A stretch of 64,000 nucleotides of DNA, from the NCBI GenBank assembly GCA_963701315.1, contig OY969603.1:35135-99134 (forward strand), read 5' to 3'. Shown here in pieces: positions 52,200 through 61,207 of the stretch (the first letter of the stretch is position 1; every line of letters starts with the position of its first letter). The DNA comes from an uncultured Acidobacteriota bacterium (GTDB lineage: Bacteria > Acidobacteriota > Vicinamibacteria > Vicinamibacterales > Fen-181). A program made the position numbers and the translations under genes. Under the pieces are notes generated by a model. It did not search any database, was not told the origin of the DNA, and worked only from the letters and a program-made list of their open reading frames with translations.

Positions 52200-55100
52200 C
52201 TACCGCACGCCAGCCCGCAACTCCTGAATGTGGCTCGCCTTGATCACATCGCCTGTGAGCGTCGCCTGCCCATATACGTTGGCCGCAAGGCCAAGCGCCG
52301 CGCGGGCGGCGTCGAGCGCCGCGCGCAGTTCGGTCAAGTGCACCGCCTTGATCGTCGTGCCCCCCACCGCCGCGTCGGTGTAGCTGCCGGGGTTCAGCCC
52401 CGCCAGCGACCGAACGGCGTTGACGGCCGTCCTCAGCTCCGCGAGGTGAACGGCTTTGACGATGGTTCCGGCGGTGAGCGGGTCGTCGGTGAACATCAAC
52501 GTCGTCGCAATGTCGACTGCGCTGTTCGCGGAGACGGAACCGCCCGCAACGCCTCGCACGCGATAGAGATAGGCCTGGTTCGCCGACACGGCGGTGTCGG
52601 CGTAGGACGGACTGTTCGACGTCCCAATCTGAGTAAACGAGCCGCCCGCCGCCATGCGATCGATCTCGTACGATGCGGCGCCCGCCGCCGCCGCCCACTG
52701 CAGGTCCACCTCCGTCGTCGAGACCGCGCTGGCACTGAGCCCAGTCGGGGTGGCTGGCCCGGCGCCCGACGCCTGCGCCGAACAGGTTGCGATGGCTCCG
52801 CCATTCAGACCGGCACAGGACCACGTCCACGGCCCGGAGCCCGCCGCCGGATAGGGCGTGCCCGCCAGGCAGAGATCGGTTGCCAGCGCGGGAGCAGACG
52901 TGCGCGTCGTGCCGTCGGCCGCGCCGCACGCGCCAGCAACGGGCGTCACAATCTGACAGTTCGTGCTGTTCCCCGCAAGGCCCGACAGGCTGGTGATGTG
53001 GCCCGTATTCTGCGCGGCCACATAGAGCGTGCCTTGATTGTCGACCGTCAGGGCGCCAGGCAGGGTGATGCCCGGGACGCTCAGCGTCGTGATGATGCCG
53101 GTGGTCCCGTCCACTCTTCGGACAACGTTTGTGTTGGACTGCGATAGGTAGATGTCCCCCTGGTCATCCGCCGCCAGTCCGACGATTGACCCCGTCTGCG
53201 CCTTCGTCGCCAGGTCTCCGTCTCCAGCGTATCCGTTCAGTCCGATGGTCCCGGCGACGCGCGTGATGATCCCGGTCTGATGGTCCACGCGGCGAACGAT
53301 CGTCCCGTCCTTGAAATAGAGATTGGCGTGTGAATCTATGGCCATCGCGCCGACTTGACCCGACAGGACGGCACTCGTCGCCTGACACCCGTCTCCCAGC
53401 GCGTCCTCGGCCGTGGCGCAGACCGTGCCACCGCCCGCGTAAACAGAGATCCCGCCGCTCGGCGTCAGCCGGGCGATCCACGCCTCTGTCCCGTCCCAAG
53501 GCGAGACATATCCGTTGCCCGCAGAGTCCACTGCGGCGGCCACCATCGCGCCGCCCAGATTGCTGCTGTAGCTCGTCCCATTTGCCGGGAATCCAGGCCC
53601 CCACATGTAGGCGAAACCGATGGCGGTGGTCAGAACGTCGCCGACGCCGTTGACCGCCATACCGTAGATGTTATCCGAATCCCAGAACGCCCAAGCGCCG
53701 TTCGACAGCTTGTAGATGCCGATCGTGCGCGGGGAAGTCCTGCGAACGGCCACGAAGAAGTCCGAGTACGAATCCCACCCCATTGCCACAATCGGTGTTT
53801 CAGGTGCGGTCAGTGACGTCACTGTGCCTGCGGCGCACGCGGTCGACGTCGCCGTGGTCGAGCAGTTCGCCGTGGTCCCGCCGTTCCCGCCACCGCAGGT
53901 CCACGACCAGGGGCCGTTTCCGGAGAGGGTGGCGGGTGATGCCGTGCCGGCGCTACAGAGCCCGGAGGCGGGCGGCAACCCGAAGCTCTGACCGCTCGCC
54001 ATGCCGCACGCTCCGTTCGTGACTCCTTGACCGAGCCCGGCGCTACACGCCGCGTTGGTGCCGCCGTTCAGTCCGGTACAGCCCCAGGTCCAGGGCCCCG
54101 AACCAAGGACCGGGAGCGGGTTGCCGGCGAGGCAGAGGTCGGTTGCGGGACTCGCAGTCGGCGTCGTGCCGTTGGATGCCCCGCATTGGCCGTTCACCAC
54201 CGTCGAAGGCGGGTTGGCGGTACAGAACGCCGCCGCGCCGCCCTGAGAACCGGCACAACTCCAGTACCACGGCCCGCTGCCCTGGACAGTCGAAGAAGCG
54301 CCGACCGCACAAAGGTCACTCGAGAGCCATGGCGGGGTACTGAGAGTCTGGTTATTGGCCGCCCCGCATTGCCCGATTACCGGAGCATCGGTCGCGAACG
54401 CGTTGAGGTTCGCCAACTCGTACACCTTCGAATTCTCCGTGTCGGCCACCCAACCGTTGCCCGCCTGGTCAATCGCGATCCAGTCGATCACGGCAGTCGA
54501 GAGACCGCTTGCGGCCGAGCTGACGGCCAGCTGCGACAAGCCGGGCGGGACCTTGTAGAGCCTGGATCTTGTCGCGACATACACGGTTCCGCCGGCATCC
54601 AGCGCCAGGCTGGCCGGCTGCTCGAGGTTCCGCCAAGTGCCTGCGCCCTCCCAGACCTTGGACCATGCGGCCGGGTTCGTGGCATTAGCAGGTGTCACCA
54701 TCCACGCGGCGCCATTGCAGCCGAACGAACCGTAGAAGCTCGGAAAACACGTGCCGCCGCCACCCGTCGCCACGTAGAGACCGCCGGACGCATCGAGGGC
54801 GAGGGCGTTAATCTGTCCGGTGTACGAGTCCGGGCAGGTTCCGTGTCCACAGCTGGCGACCGTCGTCCCGGCGCCGCCGCTCGTTTTGAACTTCACGACG
54901 GTCCCCGAGACTTGATCGGCCACGTAGACGAAGCCCGATCCGTCTATTGCCAATGGGCGGCCGATCTCGACGCCAGTTGGCGGACTCAGGCAGGTGGTTG
55001 CGCGTTGTGTTGAGGAAACGGAGCCGAGGGGCAGGACGGGCGTCGTGGCCCATACGCAGTTCGACAGGGGATCAGTGACGTAGAGGTTTCCGGCGCCATC

Positions 55101-55694
55101 GATGGCCGCCGCTGTCGTCATCTGGGCTCCGACGCCGAGCGCCGTGCCGTCGACCGTGTAGACTCCGTACTGTCCCTTGTAGAATCCCGTCAGGTAAACG
55201 TTCTCCTTCGCATCCACAGCCAGTGCGGCTGGCGCGATGGGGGTCGTCGTCGAGGTAGTGTTGGTCGTTCCTGGCGGCAACGTCCCGCCACCAATGCCCT
55301 GAAGGTACACCGTGGACACGATCGCGCCGGTTTGACTGACGAACATGACCGCGCCCATCCGGGTGCCCGGAAAGGCCGGCGTGAAGGTCACCTCGACGGT
55401 GCACGTGTTGTTTGTGCTCCACGTGCCGGGAAGACATGATCCCCCGGTCATCGTGAAGTCGGCGTTGAACTGGCCCTGGGTGACCACCGCCGGCACCTGG
55501 GCGAGGGAAAACGTCTGACTGAATTGGTATGTGAGTGTCGAAACGCTGGACGATGCCACGCTCACGGTGCCGAAGTTGGTGCTCCCGGAGACGAGCGCCA
55601 CTTGTCCGTAAACCGGCCGCGCGACCGCGAGCGGAACCAGCAACAGGCAGCAGAGCACGTACGGTCGGGGGACAGCGATCAGAAGCGTACGCAT
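52200..55694 (-). CDS. Large secreted repeat protein (Ig/ASH-like N-domain, NHL-like propellers, four Cys-rich repeats, FN3, triple-repeat C-domain)
   Basis: Signal peptide; CTVEVTFTP..PG.R.GAV; many AIDxxGNxYVxD repeats; 4x GxCG...LCxxG...GPWxWxCxGxxGG; PATPTGLSA...YLYRVRG. Confidence 0.88.
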   Translation of the reverse strand: MRTLLIAVPRPYVLCCLLLVPLAVARPVYGQVALVSGSTNFGTVSVASSSVSTLTYQFSQTFSLAQVPAVVTQGQFNADFTMTGGSCLPGTWSTNNTCTVEVTFTPAFPGTRMGAVMFVSQTGAIVSTVYLQGIGGGTLPPGTTNTTSTTTPIAPAALAVDAKENVYLTGFYKGQYGVYTVDGTALGVGAQMTTAAAIDGAGNLYVTDPLSNCVWATTPVLPLGSVSSTQRATTCLSPPTGVEIGRPLAIDGSGFVYVADQVSGTVVKFKTSGGAGTTVASCGHGTCPDSYTGQINALALDASGGLYVATGGGGTCFPSFYGSFGCNGAAWMVTPANATNPAAWSKVWEGAGTWRNLEQPASLALDAGGTVYVATRSRLYKVPPGLSQLAVSSAASGLSTAVIDWIAIDQAGNGWVADTENSKVYELANLNAFATDAPVIGQCGAANNQTLSTPPWLSSDLCAVGASSTVQGSGPWYWSCAGSQGGAAAFCTANPPSTVVNGQCGASNGTTPTASPATDLCLAGNPLPVLGSGPWTWGCTGLNGGTNAACSAGLGQGVTNGACGMASGQSFGLPPASGLCSAGTASPATLSGNGPWSWTCGGGNGGTTANCSTTATSTACAAGTVTSLTAPETPIVAMGWDSYSDFFVAVRRTSPRTIGIYKLSNGAWAFWDSDNIYGMAVNGVGDVLTTAIGFAYMWGPGFPANGTSYSSNLGGAMVAAAVDSAGNGYVSPWDGTEAWIARLTPSGGISVYAGGGTVCATAEDALGDGCQATSAVLSGQVGAMAIDSHANLYFKDGTIVRRVDHQTGIITRVAGTIGLNGYAGDGDLATKAQTGSIVGLAADDQGDIYLSQSNTNVVRRVDGTTGIITTLSVPGITLPGALTVDNQGTLYVAAQNTGHITSLSGLAGNSTNCQIVTPVAGACGAADGTTRTSAPALATDLCLAGTPYPAAGSGPWTWSCAGLNGGAIATCSAQASGAGPATPTGLSASAVSTTEVDLQWAAAAGAASYEIDRMAAGGSFTQIGTSNSPSYADTAVSANQAYLYRVRGVAGGSVSANSAVDIATTLMFTDDPLTAGTIVKAVHLAELRTAVNAVRSLAGLNPGSYTDAAVGGTTIKAVHLTELRAALDAARAALGLAANVYGQATLTGDVIKASHIQELRAGVR

Positions 55695-55845
55695 TGAGTA
55701 GTCCTCTCCTTCGACAGGGTAGTCACGGTCGCCGAAACGCAGACGTGGCTCGGAGAGCGGCCACGAGGCACTCCACAGCTGAGGTTGTCCTCATCAGTAT
55801 CCTAATGCGAGAGTCAACGGGGGAGCGTCGATTCCGTCCCCGAAC

Positions 55846-56030
55846 TGCGCGATTCTCGATGACGAGATCGTCTGCGTGGGATGGAGAAGGCCGACCGCGT
55901 TTCAATCGCCTGCTGTTCAGGCTTGGCCGGCTTGTGTTCGCCGCGTTCGACCTGCTTTGGCACGACGGTCGGGACCTGCGCCGTGCAGTTGGTGCAGCGC
56001 AAGCGGCAGCTCGCCGAGTTGACTGCTCAG
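55846..56030 (+). pseudogene. ATP-dependent DNA ligase fragment
   Basis: AILDDEIVCV / DGEGRPRFNRLLFR...FAAFDLLWHDGRDLR / LVQRKRQL across frames. Confidence 0.6.
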
Positions 56031-56174
56031 TACGAGCCGATCAGGGACGATGACAGGCTCACGCCTACGTGGAAGCTTCTGAGCGGTATCGCCGCGGAAT
56101 CCGTGAGCCAATTCTCCGCATCCTGACACAACCTGAGGCACGCCCATCGTGCAGCAACTCGAGACCAGGTGGAA

Positions 56175-56615
56175 GAAGCGTCGCGCGGCTCGCCCGCAAC
56201 TTGGGTGTCGATGCGAAGACCGCGGGCAGCTACATCGACCTCCTCGTGGACCTGCCGACCGCCCGCCGGCTCCTGCCGTGGCACGCCAACGTCAGCCAGC
56301 GGCTCGTGAAATCGCCCAAGGTGTACGTCCGCGCCAGCGGTCTCGTCCACGCGCTGCTCGCCATCGGCGACAAGGACACCCTCGTGTCGCACCCCGTCCT
56401 GGGGGCCAGTTGGGAAGGGTTCGCGATCGAGCTGGCGCTGGCCGCAGCCCCCGAAGGCACGGGCGCCCACTTCTACCGCACGAGCGCCGGCGCCGAGATT
56501 GACCGGTTGCTGCACCTGCCCGGCGGCGAGCCGTGGGCGATCGAGATCAAGCGCAGCGTGTCGCCTCGTCCCGAAAAACGCTTCCACCACGCCTGTGCGG
56601 ACCTCTCGCCCGGCG
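56175..56615 (+). pseudogene. AAA ATPase DUF4143 C-terminal fragment
   Basis: LVKSPKVYVR.SGLVHALL, GASWEGF, FYRTSAGAEID, AIEIK; ATPase domain absent. Confidence 0.75.
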
Positions 56616-56820
56616 CCTGGCCGACCGCAGGTACCTGGCTCCACCGTCGACCCGCGGCGCGGAAGTTCGGCGCGAAAGCTGGTTCCGGGTTTGGTGCCGG
56701 CTTCTTTGGGGAACCAGGGCTACGGGTGGGGCCGCCAGGGGAAAGCGCGCCGCTGAATGTGATCCAGACACCCGCACCTAAGTGCTTGCCATTCAGCGGC
56801 TTCGCCAGCGATTTCGAGAA

Positions 56821-56967
56821 GGTTGTGGTCGGGGCGCCGGGATTCGGACCCGGGACCTCCTGCGCCCAAGGCAGAAGATCGACCTACTGCAAGTAATTGT
56901 CAGCACAAGACTTCGAGACGTGATGTCGACTTATCCCCCTTCTTGTCCCCCGGGACGTGTTCACCCC
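56821..56967 (-). repeat. att site: exact tRNA-Pro 3' half (56826-56873) plus a 94 bp island-end arm
   Basis: Ungapped direct repeat of 58686-58832 (offset 1865 bp; 9 mismatches, all in the arm). Confidence 0.95.
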
Positions 56968-57360
56968 GTTCATCGGGCCACCAGTCGAGGCCAGTCTCGA
57001 GTTCGTAGACGGTCTGACCAGCGCAAGAACCGGTGCGCCGAGGCACCTTCACGGTCGTGGGACGGCGAGTTGCTCGGAGATTGTGCGTGCCGCGGTGTCG
57101 CGGCGGCGCTCGCCGAGATCGCCGGGCACCTGCGCTGGGAAGCACACCCGACCGAGACGCTGGGAGTTGCGCGTGGCCTATCTCTCCAACTCCGTGCGGA
57201 CGCGCGCCTCTGGGTCCGAGAGCGCGAGTTCTGCCCGGTGAGTCCTGGTGAGTTGCACGAACGGCTGTCGTGAGGCAGACACAGGAAGTGAACGCTCGGA
57301 CCAGGTCCGCCGCCTGCACCTGCCGTGGCCAGTCTCCCGGCGTGCGACGCGTCGCGGTCG

Positions 57361-57395
57361 TTGACACCTGTCACGTGATGCGTTACACTCGGGCG
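57361..57395 (+). promoter_or_regulatory. sigma70 promoter/operator of higBA, probably leaderless
   Basis: TTGACA-17 nt-TACACT-6 nt-ATG; palindrome TGTCACG-N5-CGTTACA over the spacer and -10. Confidence 0.7.
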
Positions 57396-57677
57396 ATGAT
57401 CAAGACCTTCGCGGACAAGAGGACCGAGGACCTGTTCGTGAGGGGGGTGGCGAGAGGTTGGCCAGCCGACGTCGTTCGTCGAGCCGTGCGGAAGCTCGAA
57501 TACGTCGACTTGGCCACTTGCCTGGACGATCTTCGGACGCCGCCGGGCAATCGGCTTCACGCCCTGAAGGGGGACCGTCAGGGCCAGTACGCCATTGCGG
57601 TGAACGACCAATGGCGTGTCTGCTTCCGGTTCGTCGACGGGGACGCCTACGACGTTGAAGTGTGCGACTACCACTGA
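57396..57677 (+). CDS. higB: HigB toxin (RelE/ParE superfamily, plasmid maintenance killer type)
   Basis: MIKTFADKRTE, DDLRTPPGNRLHALKGDRQGQYAIAVNDQWRVCF, VCDYH. Confidence 0.95.
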   Translation: MIKTFADKRTEDLFVRGVARGWPADVVRRAVRKLEYVDLATCLDDLRTPPGNRLHALKGDRQGQYAIAVNDQWRVCFRFVDGDAYDVEVCDYH

Positions 57678-57686
57678 GAGCAGCGC

Positions 57687-58001
57687 ATGAGCATTCCCAA
57701 TACGCGGCAACTGAAGCGCCGGCCGACGCACCCGGGTGAGATGCTCCGCGAGGACTTCCTTCCCGATTATGGGCTGACGGTGGCCGGTCTGGCAGGGGCA
57801 CTCGGCGTGTCTCGCCAGTCGATCAACGAATTGCTGAGGGGACGCCGCGCCGTGAGCCCGGAGATGGCGCTTCGCCTCTCGCGGCTGTTCGGGAACTCGG
57901 CGGAGTTCTGGCTGAACGCCCAGCGCGCCGTCGACTTGTGGGACGCCGCCCAGGCGATCAAAGACGAGGTCCATCGGATCAAGCCGTTATGCGTCGCCTG
58001 A
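57687..58001 (+). CDS. higA: HigA antitoxin (Xre HTH)
   Basis: PTHPGEMLREDFL, LAGALGVSRQSINE, EMALRL..FGNSAEFWLNAQ. Confidence 0.95.
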   Translation: MSIPNTRQLKRRPTHPGEMLREDFLPDYGLTVAGLAGALGVSRQSINELLRGRRAVSPEMALRLSRLFGNSAEFWLNAQRAVDLWDAAQAIKDEVHRIKPLCVA

Positions 58002-58685
58002 GGCTCAGGGCAGGGCTGGCCGCTGCGCAGACGCGAAGTGCGTCTCCGATCCCATCATTCCCGAGTCACATGCTGATGACCTGCAACGACAACATGGCGA
58101 CTCGGCAACGCAGCCGATAGCTGATGACCGCCGTCTCGAGGTATGCCCGCGGCTTCACGTCCGTACCGTGATCCTACCCGATCGGCACCGCCGCGCAGCC
58201 TGCCGTTCCCGGCGTGGCCTTGCCGACCGGCGAGGCGAATGGGGCTCTGCGCCTGCCGAGTCCGCATACACCGCGCTCGACAGCACGCCGGTTCAGTCAC
58301 CTGGTCTGGCCGATCGGGACGGCGTCGTGCACTCACCGAGGTTCGAGGAGCGCGGTGCTAGGCTCACAGGAACCGTCGGTCGATCGCCCAGATGGGCGCT
58401 GGAGGCCCGTCTCGGTCGCAGGCCGAACGACACGGCCTACGGGCGAGATTACTGGAGAAGCATCGCAGCTCCGCGCGATTGTCGAGGCGACGCCGCCCAT
58501 TCTGAACGGCGGCCTCGTGTGCCCACTCTGGCCAGGACGGGGACGTTCGGCTTGTCCCGCTCTCCCCGAGGTGTCCCAGGAAGGCCCGCGGTCGGGGGAC
58601 AAAAAAGGGGGGATACCTCGGCGCAGCGCGTCGTCCGCGCGCACTGCGCCGTAAGAGACGTGGCTGATTTCCTGGTGTTTCCGAT

Positions 58686-58832
58686 GGTTGTGGTCGGGGC
58701 GCCGGGATTCGGACCCGGGACCTCCTGCGCCCAAGGCAAAAGATCGACCCGCTGCAAGTGATTGTCAGCACAAGACTTCTGGACGCGATTTCGACTTATC
58801 CCCCTTCTTGTCCCCCGGGACGCGTTCACCCC
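58686..58832 (-). repeat. att site: exact tRNA-Pro 3' half (58691-58738) plus island-end arm
   Basis: 48 bp identical to 60390-60437; arm shared with 56874-56967; inverted arm motif at 58593-58615. Confidence 0.95.
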
Positions 58833-58964
58833 CCGTTCCCCCACGCCAGAGCACTCGACCCGACGACGGCACCAGCGAAATCCACGACAGCCTCGCCGAC
58901 GACGCCGGGTTAGTACGCTCGCTACTCGACTGTAGTTCTTGTTCCGAGTACAATTGTTCGCGGA

Positions 58965-59648
58965 ATGAGTACAGACAGGAGCCATACTGGCGACGCGGGG
59001 ACACTGTTGTTCGGGAAGACGCGTCGACAGGTGCTCGCTTGGTTGTATGGCCATCCCGACGAGCGCTTCTACCTGCGTCAGCTGGCGCGGCAGACGTGTG
59101 CGGCACAAGGCGCGATGCAGCGGGAGCTCACCCTTCTGTCGCAGGTCGGGCTCGTCACTCGAACGGCGGAGGGCCGCCAAGTGTATTTCCAGGCCAATCG
59201 TGAGTCGCCGATCTTTTCCGACCTACAGCAGGTGCTCGTCAAGACGGCGGGTGCGGTTGAAGTCGTTCGCGAGGCGCTGCTTCCACTGTCCGGCGCAATC
59301 CAACTCGCGTTCATCTATGGCTCGGGCGCCAGGGGAACGCTGAAGGCTGCGAGTGATCTTGACCTCCTCGTTGTCGGCAGCGCCGCGTTTCGTGATGTTG
59401 CCGCCGCGCTGGATGATGCGCAGCGCCGATTGGGGCGCGACATCAACCCGACCGTGTATCCGACCAACGAATTCGTCCGCAAGATTCGCACGGCGCATCA
59501 CTTCTTGACGACGGTACTGCGCGAGCCCAAGATCTTCGTCATCGGGAGCGATCATGAGCTTGGCCGACTGGCAGAAGAACGGGTGGCTGCTCCAACACGA
59601 CACAAGCGCCCAGGAGATCGCGGACCTGCTCGCCGTCGTCGACCGTGA
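58965..59648 (+). CDS. wHTH-fused minimal nucleotidyltransferase (MNT antitoxin-like)
   Basis: LFGKTRRQVL..FYLRQLAR wHTH; YGSGARG..ASDLDLLVVG (GS-x10-DxD); LGRDINP. Confidence 0.88.
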   Translation: MSTDRSHTGDAGTLLFGKTRRQVLAWLYGHPDERFYLRQLARQTCAAQGAMQRELTLLSQVGLVTRTAEGRQVYFQANRESPIFSDLQQVLVKTAGAVEVVREALLPLSGAIQLAFIYGSGARGTLKAASDLDLLVVGSAAFRDVAAALDDAQRRLGRDINPTVYPTNEFVRKIRTAHHFLTTVLREPKIFVIGSDHELGRLAEERVAAPTRHKRPGDRGPARRRRP

Positions 59649-59997
59649 TCTCGCGGACAGCGCGGCCGAGCAGATCAGCGCAGACTGGCGGATGAACATC
59701 GCGTACAACGCGGCGCTGCAGGCGGCTACTGCTGCCCTGGCGGCCTCCGGGTACAGGGCCGCACGGGAACAGCACCACTACCGAATTATTCAGTCTCTCC
59801 GGGAGACCATTAGCGCAGCGCCTCAACAAGTCGCGGCGCTTGACGCCTTCCGAAAGAAGAGAAACATCACTGGCTATGAGCGCGTCGGCGCCGTTTCCGA
59901 TGCTGACGCAGCGGATATCCGAAAGCTCGCCGTTGAGATCAGGGACGAGGTCATGGCGTGGCTTCGGCGGTCCCGACCCCACCTCCTCCGGCCCTGA
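59554..59997 (+). CDS. HEPN domain protein, partner of the MNT
   Basis: AYNAALQAA.AAL...GYR...HH, RKKRNITGY (R-x4-Y variant); overlaps the MNT gene. Confidence 0.8.
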   Translation: MSLADWQKNGWLLQHDTSAQEIADLLAVVDRDLADSAAEQISADWRMNIAYNAALQAATAALAASGYRAAREQHHYRIIQSLRETISAAPQQVAALDAFRKKRNITGYERVGAVSDADAADIRKLAVEIRDEVMAWLRRSRPHLLRP

Positions 59998-60330
59998 GCG
60001 TCACCGCCGCGAAGGGTTGCCCCTCCCATCGTCGGTGTGGCCCTCGGCGACCGCCCCGGCACGCCGCCACGCGCCGTCCACGGAGGTTCAGATTTCCGCA
60101 CGAGGTCCCGCTCGCCCACAAGTGTGGCAGAGGCGCGGTTGCTTGAGGAACTGCGGCCAGTGTGCCGGCGGCTGGTAAGAGACTACTCCTACCATGCGCT
60201 GATGCGCTGAAAGCAATCGTGGGTGGCGTACAGACCTGATTGTGGACTTGATCCTCGCCGGCTGGCTTTGCGGGAGTAGCGGCCCAAAGGGCAAGGCGGC
60301 GACCAGTAGATAGCAACCCTCCACACACAG

Positions 60331-60356
60331 ACGGGGCACCGTTTCGGGCGCCCCGT
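60331..60356 (-). terminator. Hairpin downstream of tRNA-Pro, possible terminator
   Basis: ACGGGGCGCC-CGAAAC-GGTGCCCCGT followed by a weak U-tract (CUGUGUGU). Confidence 0.4.
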
Positions 60357-60389
60357 TGGAAATCCGTTTCAAACTCGGAAGGCGAAAGG

Positions 60390-60466
60390 TGGTCGGGGCG
60401 CCGGGATTCGGACCCGGGACCTCCTGCGCCCAAGGCAGGCGCGCTACCAGGCTGCGCTACGCCCCG
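60390..60466 (-). tRNA. tRNA-Pro (UGG)
   Basis: 77 nt cloverleaf CGGGGCG/CGCCCCG, D arm GCGC, anticodon arm CCTGC-CTTGGGC-GCAGG, T arm CCGGG-TCCGAAT-CCCGG, encoded ACCA. Confidence 0.97.
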
Positions 60467-60820
60467 ACAGGAATGCAAGGCTGATTCTAGGGCACTTTGC
60501 TACTCGGTGCCACTCCCGCTCAGCCAAGTCCAGTCGACCGCGCCGTCGTCGTGAGAACCGTGGCGCGGTTGCCGACCGGGGCCCCACATGCGCCGGCCGA
60601 ATGATCCCCGGGACGAAGACAGCCAAACCCACGCCTGTCCTCGTGTGGGCGCGAGGCAGACTGAAATAGCGGGATCCGAACTCTCGGACACGCGCAGTCG
60701 CGTCGAGCTGCCTGGCGTTGGGGCGACCGACCACCACGCACCGCGCTGGGTGCTCTCACGCAACCCGATGGCGCGGCGACGCCGGCTCGGTCCGCATGCC
60801 GAGCCGGCAGTTGCGGCAAC

Positions 60821-61207
60821 CTAGCCGTTCTTCCTGGCTGTCTTCTTCGCCTTGCCTCGCGAGGTCCGAGACTTCCTGGTTGCGCGAGAAGCCGCCGAGT
60901 TGGTAGACGGAGCGTCGCTCGCAGCGCTTGCCTCGGTCTTCGCCTGTCCCTCTCTCTTGGCTGCCCAGTACGCCGTCATGCGCCGGCTCGCCGCCAAACG
61001 AGCCTCGGCGGACATCCGCGAGCGCTTGCGCCGAGGTGGCTTGACGGGTGCGGCGTCGGCCGCTGGCGTCACCTCGGTGACCTTCCGTAGCCCGGGAAAC
61101 ATCCGGCGTATGGCGGCGGCTTCCTCTTCCAGTTCTTTCAGCCGCGCGACAGCACCGAGACGGGCGAGGCGGTGTATCTCCTGCGAGCCGATAGTGTGTG
61201 TTGGCAA
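60821..61207 (-). CDS. Small basic protein, possible nucleoid-associated protein
   Basis: N-terminal helix LARLGAVARLKELEEE, RMSAEARLAASRRMTAYWAAKR, K/R-rich tail. Confidence 0.7.
   Translation of the reverse strand: MPTHTIGSQEIHRLARLGAVARLKELEEEAAAIRRMFPGLRKVTEVTPAADAAPVKPPRRKRSRMSAEARLAASRRMTAYWAAKREGQAKTEASAASDAPSTNSAASRATRKSRTSRGKAKKTARKNG

Noticed and set aside
56826-58738. Additional tRNA genes
   Set aside because: They lack the 5' acceptor strand and D arm; they are att duplications.
43546-60437. Repeats read as a CRISPR array or integron attC sites
   Set aside because: The repeat is the tRNA 3' half with kb-scale spacing; no cas genes, no intI and no attC R/L box structure.
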